Assembly (NCBI GenBank): GCA_019057795.1
Contig: JAHLWS010000082.1
Coordinates: 125,716-189,715, forward strand
DNA length: 64,000 nt
Direction: 5' to 3'
Source: Promethearchaeota archaeon
GTDB lineage: Archaea; Asgardarchaeota; Lokiarchaeia; Sigyniarchaeales; SOKP01
In this document: positions 59,001-64,000 of the stretch, piece by piece
How positions within the stretch are numbered: position 1 is the stretch's first letter
How the letters are laid out: the number at the start of each line of letters is the position of its first letter
The notes under the pieces: generated by a model
The model's input: only the letters and a program-made list of their open reading frames with translations
Databases searched by the model: none
Told to the model about the DNA's origin: nothing
Program-made: the position numbers and the translations under genes

Positions 59001-59043
59001 ATTATTTACGCAGCGTATTATTTTGATACGCTCCGTAATTAAT
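59001..59043. other. Hairpin TTACGCAGCGTAT-N7-ATACGCTCCGTAA
   Basis: 13-bp stem with one mismatch, extendable by AT pairs. Confidence 0.6.
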
Positions 59044-59118
59044 CCAAAAAGTTTATATAGACGATTTCAATTAGTAACATAATACTAAAAAAAATTAATC
59101 CTTGATGAAGCGAACAAT

Positions 59119-60045
59119 TTGAGTTTATCAGAATTTATTAAACAGCCAGACGTTAGGGCTAAGTTTAGACAAGAGTTTGTAAAGCTTCGAATTAATTTAG
59201 ATAAACCGTTAATAGCACCTGTTATAACTTCGAACCCTCAAAAGATCGGTACCGCGTTCGATTACTTGCTGAGATTTTTCGCAAATTACCTAAACCCTAA
59301 CGCGTTGTCTTATCAATGGGTTGCAGAAACGTCTTTAGAAATCTTAGATAAACTCAAGGACGACAATACGATGATAATAGATTCGAAATCTAAAATAGGT
59401 AAAGTTCGTACCTTGGATCAATTATCTGCTAGGTATATTGAGGAGTTTAAAGAACTAAAAAACAAATCCTATTCCGAAGCGAAAAAAACTATTAAGAAAG
59501 CGAAAAAGAATCTTAGCGCTTACTTAAATTCAGGGAAAATGAACGATAGTTTGATTGCTTCTGCGTTAAGTCTTGCTAAATTAGACGAATTAAAAAGAGC
59601 AGGTTATTTACCACCTACTGAAAAGCCGATCCCAGGTAAAAAAGATATGGAAGACTTACGAAAACTCTTTTCCATAATTAATCCAAAAACATTTAAAGCA
59701 AAGCACACTTGCGTGCTTAATCCTCACTTCGGTCCAGAAGCTTCGCAGTTATTACGCGCAGATGGCGATCTTATTCTCGACGACATGTTAATTGAAATTA
59801 AAACGGTAAAAAACTTTAAGGTAGACAGGAGTAATTTCGATCAATTGTTAGGATATTACACGATGTATCGAATTGGTGGAATTTGGAGGATGTCTCCCTG
59901 CAACCGCATTACAAAGATAGGTATATATTTTTCTCGACACGGATACCTTCACACATATAAAATTGATGAAATAGTAGACGAGACCACTTATCTCGACTTT
60001 ATTGAATGGTTCAAAAAAAGAGCGATAGAAAGTGCTTCAAAGTAA
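59119..60045 (+). CDS. PD-(D/E)xK nuclease-family protein
   Basis: GTAFDY, ADGDLI...IEIKT...QLLGY. Confidence 0.7.
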   Translation: MSLSEFIKQPDVRAKFRQEFVKLRINLDKPLIAPVITSNPQKIGTAFDYLLRFFANYLNPNALSYQWVAETSLEILDKLKDDNTMIIDSKSKIGKVRTLDQLSARYIEEFKELKNKSYSEAKKTIKKAKKNLSAYLNSGKMNDSLIASALSLAKLDELKRAGYLPPTEKPIPGKKDMEDLRKLFSIINPKTFKAKHTCVLNPHFGPEASQLLRADGDLILDDMLIEIKTVKNFKVDRSNFDQLLGYYTMYRIGGIWRMSPCNRITKIGIYFSRHGYLHTYKIDEIVDETTYLDFIEWFKKRAIESASK

Positions 60046-60071
60046 TTACTTAAAGTGGGGGTTAAACCGAT

Positions 60072-60127
60072 TATTTAAAAGAAAAATTATTATTAAATTA
60101 TTAAGTTGACTTTCGGGATATTGGTAA
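60072..60127 (+). repeat. Direct repeat copy 2 (~56 bp)
   Basis: Matches 57238-57292 with few differences. Confidence 0.85.
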
Positions 60128-60481
60128 TACTTCTAATTCAAAAACCATTTTAAGAGATTTACTAGATAATTCGACCATAAGTACTGTTCTCGTAAAATTC
60201 AATAATGTCGTAAACAACATTCCATTCTTCGCCAAAAAAAATTAAATGTTATTTATTTAGCCTTTTTGATTGATTTGTACTTACCGCGTCTATCGGTTCT
60301 TTAAATAAATTAATCCACATTCTTGCAAAAATTTTATTTTGTCTTAATTCTAAAGTTTTCAAATTTGTCATTTTTTGTTTAAATACTCAAAATAATTCAA
60401 AAATTTCAATAAATAATTTTATCAAAAAATCACGCGTTGAATTTTTCTTTATAAACAAACGCTGATTTAGAATTCAAATGA

Positions 60482-60802
60482 ATGCTAATTACAAATAAAA
60501 TCAAAAATAACAAAAAAAAGGTGTATGAACATATGATTGATTTATTAAGGTTTATGTATCCCAATGCTTCTGGTGAGTATTTAATTCAGATTAGTAACTT
60601 CTGCGTTTTGCTCGGTTGGTTTCTTATTTGTTTAGTAGTATTGGGTACTTCTGTAGAAGCAGTTGCACAAAGGAAAATAATATACGAAGGATTTCCACTT
60701 ATTTTCATTGGGCTTTTTTTGGTGATACCCATGGGGATGCATTCGAACATATCCGTTACGAATTTTTTCTATTGTATTCAATACCTAATTCCAAACCCAT
60801 AA
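60482..60802 (+). CDS. Small membrane protein
   Basis: Two hydrophobic segments; upstream TATA-like box. Confidence 0.55.
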   Translation: MLITNKIKNNKKKVYEHMIDLLRFMYPNASGEYLIQISNFCVLLGWFLICLVVLGTSVEAVAQRKIIYEGFPLIFIGLFLVIPMGMHSNISVTNFFYCIQYLIPNP

Positions 60803-60827
60803 ACCAAAAGAAAGAGGTGATTTAAAA

Positions 60828-61586
60828 ATGTTTGAAGAAATACCGTTTGTTATAGGATTTTTACTGGTTTCGCTCATATTATCCGTTGTATTTTTTAATA
60901 TAGAGTACAAACCTCTAAAAATTGCAGTTCAGGCAGTAGCCATAGTTGGAATTATCGTTCACGAGATTTCGCACGTTCTTATGTGTGTAGTTACAAACAC
61001 AAAGATCAATAGCGTCACCTTATTAAAGAAATTGGAAAATGAGCAACCTAGTAATAAAATCTACAGTGGACAAGTAAACATTCAACCTGATCCAAGGATA
61101 AGTTTCTTACAAGCTCTCGTTGTAGGTTTAGCCCCGTTATTCGTATCTTTCTGGTTCTTCTTTTTTCTTCTCAGCGAATTATCTAACCCAAATATTACAG
61201 ATTTTATGGCGATTTTTTACGTGTTTCTTATGGTATCATTGCTTTTAGGTGCCGCGCCGTCTACTGCCGATCTATCTCAGATAGCATCTGCGTTCACTTA
61301 TGATACTGCCTATTCGATATATCAATTACTACTTTTAGTTATTTCAATTTTTTCAGTGTGGATAATTATTACGGCACAGCAAATTCCTATCATACACGAA
61401 ATCATCAATTACATTTTCATTCTATTGATATATTACGCATTTAAATACTCGTTTATTGGAGTAAACCGGTTGTTCCATCGCATCTTTAAGAATAGGAGTT
61501 TACCTGATTACAATCCTATCAAACGCAAAAGAGTGATGAGACAGTTTAACACTAAAAGAACAAGAGAAAAAGAAGCCCAATGGTGA
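60828..61586 (+). CDS. Membrane zinc metalloprotease (M50/M50B-like)
   Basis: HEISH in a TM helix, GLAP, PSTAD. Confidence 0.7.
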   Translation: MFEEIPFVIGFLLVSLILSVVFFNIEYKPLKIAVQAVAIVGIIVHEISHVLMCVVTNTKINSVTLLKKLENEQPSNKIYSGQVNIQPDPRISFLQALVVGLAPLFVSFWFFFFLLSELSNPNITDFMAIFYVFLMVSLLLGAAPSTADLSQIASAFTYDTAYSIYQLLLLVISIFSVWIIITAQQIPIIHEIINYIFILLIYYAFKYSFIGVNRLFHRIFKNRSLPDYNPIKRKRVMRQFNTKRTREKEAQW

Positions 61587-61614
61587 CGAAAAAGGAGGAA
61601 TTTTATAAATAGAA

Positions 61615-63573
61615 ATGGAAATAGTAGGATATAATTCAAGAATTGAAATAACACAAGTATTGCCCTGTGTAAGCGATGATATAACGGGAGATCCTGAAAT
61701 AAGACGTAACAAATTATTGCGTAGTTCGTGGTTATATGATCCATTTGGAAATAATTTAACTTATGGAGTGGTATTTAATGTTAATAAGGGTTTTTCATGG
61801 GAATTTTTCTTGTATGCTAAAACCGCCGAAATGGCTGAAGAATTAGGTGAGGCTTTATTGATGAATCTACAAGAGAAATATAAAGGATTAGATGGAAAAG
61901 TGAGCGTGTATCCTCTCTATTCGAAATATTTAGATATAAAAAGACGACTTTATGAAATAATTATTCCCTCTCATCCTCCAATAAAATTTCAGTTTCTTAG
62001 GAAGATAATTAATTATTATAAGACACCTCAAAGAAAAATAGATGCAAATATATTTATTTTATGGAAAAGGGATGATTTGCATATACAACCAGATCCATTG
62101 AGTTATATGCTAAGAATTTTCATTTCTTTAAATCCTAACCAAAATTATTTTATGAATTTCGATAAGCAAGAATCTTCGATTAACGCTGTTCTTAGATACT
62201 TTATTTCCGATATGTCCATACCACCATATATTAAAGCAGAATATAAGTCGCTCTCTCCAATTAATTGGATTGCTCTATTAACCTGCAATGTATTTCCAAA
62301 GAGATCCGATCGTGGACTTGGTCCAGGTCAAAATTTTCCCAGAGAGTTAATGCCGAAATTTATAAGATCTAATGAGATCGACTTCGATATCCCACATGAA
62401 ATGCCTTTGTTAAATCCTCCTATACTAGAAAACAGAAATTCAATCAATTTGCCGATTTCTAAAAACGATCCTAATTTTATTTATATCGGAGAAAAATTGA
62501 AAGACGGAGTCTTAAGCACTGATTTAGGATTAATTGAAATAGACAGTCTCACGACCCATTTGAATATTTTTGGGAAAACTGGAACGGGAAAATCAACTTT
62601 GATAAAAATGATATTGAATGACTTACATAATAAAAGACCAGATGTTGGAATATTAATCCTAAATTTAGCGAAGCCATACTTAGAGGACGATTATCCTATG
62701 GCTCATGTTTATAAGTTTCCCTCTGAAAAATTTAGAGTGCCATATATTATACCTTTTGATAGGGCAATGATCTCAATTAAAGAGACTAGTAACGTTTTTG
62801 CGGCTTGTTTAGGATTAGAACATATGGGACCAGGGATATTTTCTGAAACATTTCAAATCTGTTATTCCAAACATAAAAGATTTCCTAAAGAAGTCAAAGC
62901 ATTTTTTAGTTGCGTTGATGAGTGTATGAAAGCAAAAGCGTGGGAACCTGAATACAAACAGCACATTCGTACTGCGTTCAAACGTAGGATTAGTGAAATG
63001 TTTTATAGACCTGATCTTGAAGCTACGCTTAACCTATTTGAGAGCGAATCAAGCAGTATTCCAGAATGGTTTATAAAATGGAAGGAGGGGGAAACCGTCT
63101 TACTTGACTTAACTAAATGTCTAGAGGACGAACAACATTTGATAGGTATGTTGATTCTTAATATGATTGAGATTTTAATTTCTATAGATAAGGAAAAAAC
63201 CAATAAATTAAAATATCTCATCGCAATGGACGAGGCGCATCGAATCCTAGGAAAATCAAACGATAAACATCCCGAATCTCCGGAATTTATAATGAAAAAT
63301 AGAACCAACGCTCATTTTTCAAGAAATTTTAACGAATGGAGAGCAAAAGGTATAGGAATCATTACAGCAGATCAACATCCTCATTTACTCCTTGATGTTG
63401 CAATTGATTCTGCAAGAAATAAAATCTTATTCCAACTAGGGTATCCAGACAATCAAATCTTCACAGGAAATATGAGAGAAAGAGAAATGCTTCTGACTCT
63501 TTGGGAAAGATACGCTTTAGTTATAACAAACGCGGAACGTTATTTAATGAAAACGGCAGACGATAACATTTAA
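61615..63573 (+). CDS. HerA/VirB4-like (DUF87) ATPase
   Basis: HLNIFGKTGTGKS, MDEAHR, EWRAKG...DQHP. Confidence 0.8.
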   Translation: MEIVGYNSRIEITQVLPCVSDDITGDPEIRRNKLLRSSWLYDPFGNNLTYGVVFNVNKGFSWEFFLYAKTAEMAEELGEALLMNLQEKYKGLDGKVSVYPLYSKYLDIKRRLYEIIIPSHPPIKFQFLRKIINYYKTPQRKIDANIFILWKRDDLHIQPDPLSYMLRIFISLNPNQNYFMNFDKQESSINAVLRYFISDMSIPPYIKAEYKSLSPINWIALLTCNVFPKRSDRGLGPGQNFPRELMPKFIRSNEIDFDIPHEMPLLNPPILENRNSINLPISKNDPNFIYIGEKLKDGVLSTDLGLIEIDSLTTHLNIFGKTGTGKSTLIKMILNDLHNKRPDVGILILNLAKPYLEDDYPMAHVYKFPSEKFRVPYIIPFDRAMISIKETSNVFAACLGLEHMGPGIFSETFQICYSKHKRFPKEVKAFFSCVDECMKAKAWEPEYKQHIRTAFKRRISEMFYRPDLEATLNLFESESSSIPEWFIKWKEGETVLLDLTKCLEDEQHLIGMLILNMIEILISIDKEKTNKLKYLIAMDEAHRILGKSNDKHPESPEFIMKNRTNAHFSRNFNEWRAKGIGIITADQHPHLLLDVAIDSARNKILFQLGYPDNQIFTGNMREREMLLTLWERYALVITNAERYLMKTADDNI

Positions 63574-63630
63574 TGAATTAATTCCTGTGTATAATTTGTG
63601 TAAATAAAACATAGAGGACTTGAAATAAAA

Positions 63631-64000
63631 ATGGATTTTGGAAGTGAAGTTGAAGACGATAAGGGATATTTAGACGAACAGAAAGGAGAAGATGAAGAGA
63701 AAAAAGAAGATGACCTTAATGAAGACTCTGAATTAGAGGAAGAAAAAGATTTTGAAGACGATCAAATTAAAAGTGGGGAATTTGGAGATGATTATCAAGA
63801 ATTACCAGAAGAAAAAGAAGAGAGTATATGGGACGATATCGATTGGAGCGAAGATATGCATAGTGACGGAGAAAAAACTATATGGGACGAGATCGATTGG
63901 AACGAAGATATACATGGTGAGGGAGAAAAAACTATATGGGACGAGATCGATTGGAACGAAGATATACATGGTGAGGGAGAAAAAACTATATGGGACGAGA
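63631..64000 (+). CDS. Highly acidic protein with 18-aa tandem repeats, runs off window
   Basis: MDFGSEVEDDKGY... then (TIWDEIDWNEDIHGEGEK)n; GAGG RBS upstream. Confidence 0.75.
   Translation, partial: MDFGSEVEDDKGYLDEQKGEDEEKKEDDLNEDSELEEEKDFEDDQIKSGEFGDDYQELPEEKEESIWDDIDWSEDMHSDGEKTIWDEIDWNEDIHGEGEKTIWDEIDWNEDIHGEGEKTIWDE
63823..64000 (+). repeat. 54-bp coding tandem repeat, at least 3.3 units
   Basis: Units start at 63823 (degenerate), 63877, 63931 and 63985. Confidence 0.9.

Larger units (their letters stand above)
26005..64000. mobile_element. Accessory genomic island/integrated element starting at the uvrA break; right end not in window
   Basis: Abrupt loss of core genes at the uvrA truncation; nuclease-rich cargo, gene fragments, HerA/VirB4-like ATPases; no integrase seen. 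Confidence 0.6.

Noticed and set aside
3219-63308. Short antisense/overlapping ORFs in the track (e.g. 3219, 4326, 9272, 9485, 11176, 13970, 17418, 20252, 35274, 49692, 53559, 54997, 63003)
   Set aside because: They lie within or opposite well-supported genes and have no recognisable motifs; treated as shadow ORFs
63823-64000. 54-bp repeats as a CRISPR array
   Set aside because: Units are contiguous with no unique spacers and keep an open reading frame; this is a coding tandem repeat
1-64000. tRNA, rRNA, integrase/transposase or selenoprotein genes
   Set aside because: No GC-rich cloverleaf or rRNA-like tract, no recombinase motifs and no convincing in-frame UGA readthrough recognised; a covariance-model search would be needed to exclude small RNAs

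Overview
AT-rich archaeal DNA, most consistent with an Asgard archaeon of the Lokiarchaeia type (inferred from the Arf-like GTPase, long AglB, EF-1alpha, TPR protein and corrinoid methyltransferases). Bases 1-25.8 kb are core genome: a corrinoid/UroD-family methyltransferase cluster, TFS, PCNA-PriL-PriS-GINS, Nop10/aIF2alpha, EF-1alpha, a small GTPase, RpoL/Csl4, enolase, RFC-S, TruA, AglB and UvrB. Directly after uvrB, uvrA starts normally but breaks off just after its first Walker A motif (~26004). From there to the window end the DNA is accessory. About 26-47 kb is a patchwork of solitary nuclease-like genes (HEPN-like, PD-(D/E)xK, HNH, DUF4238, HhH, phosphoesterase-exonuclease) interleaved with truncated gene fragments. 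At 47.7-56.8 kb lies a compact, intact locus: a divergent Csa3/CARF-wHTH regulator and an operon encoding a Cas4-like nuclease fused to a HerA ATPase, a beta-CASP nuclease, a GrpE-like protein and an Hsp70 with a HEAT-like C-terminus. This locus is the best candidate for an undescribed defence or stress system. From 57 to 64 kb is a mobile-element-like module with a 55-bp direct-repeat-flanked segment, small membrane proteins, an M50-like protease, a second HerA/VirB4-like ATPase and an acidic tandem-repeat protein. I found no rRNA, tRNA, CRISPR array or integrase. All calls come from motif recognition by eye; no searches were run.
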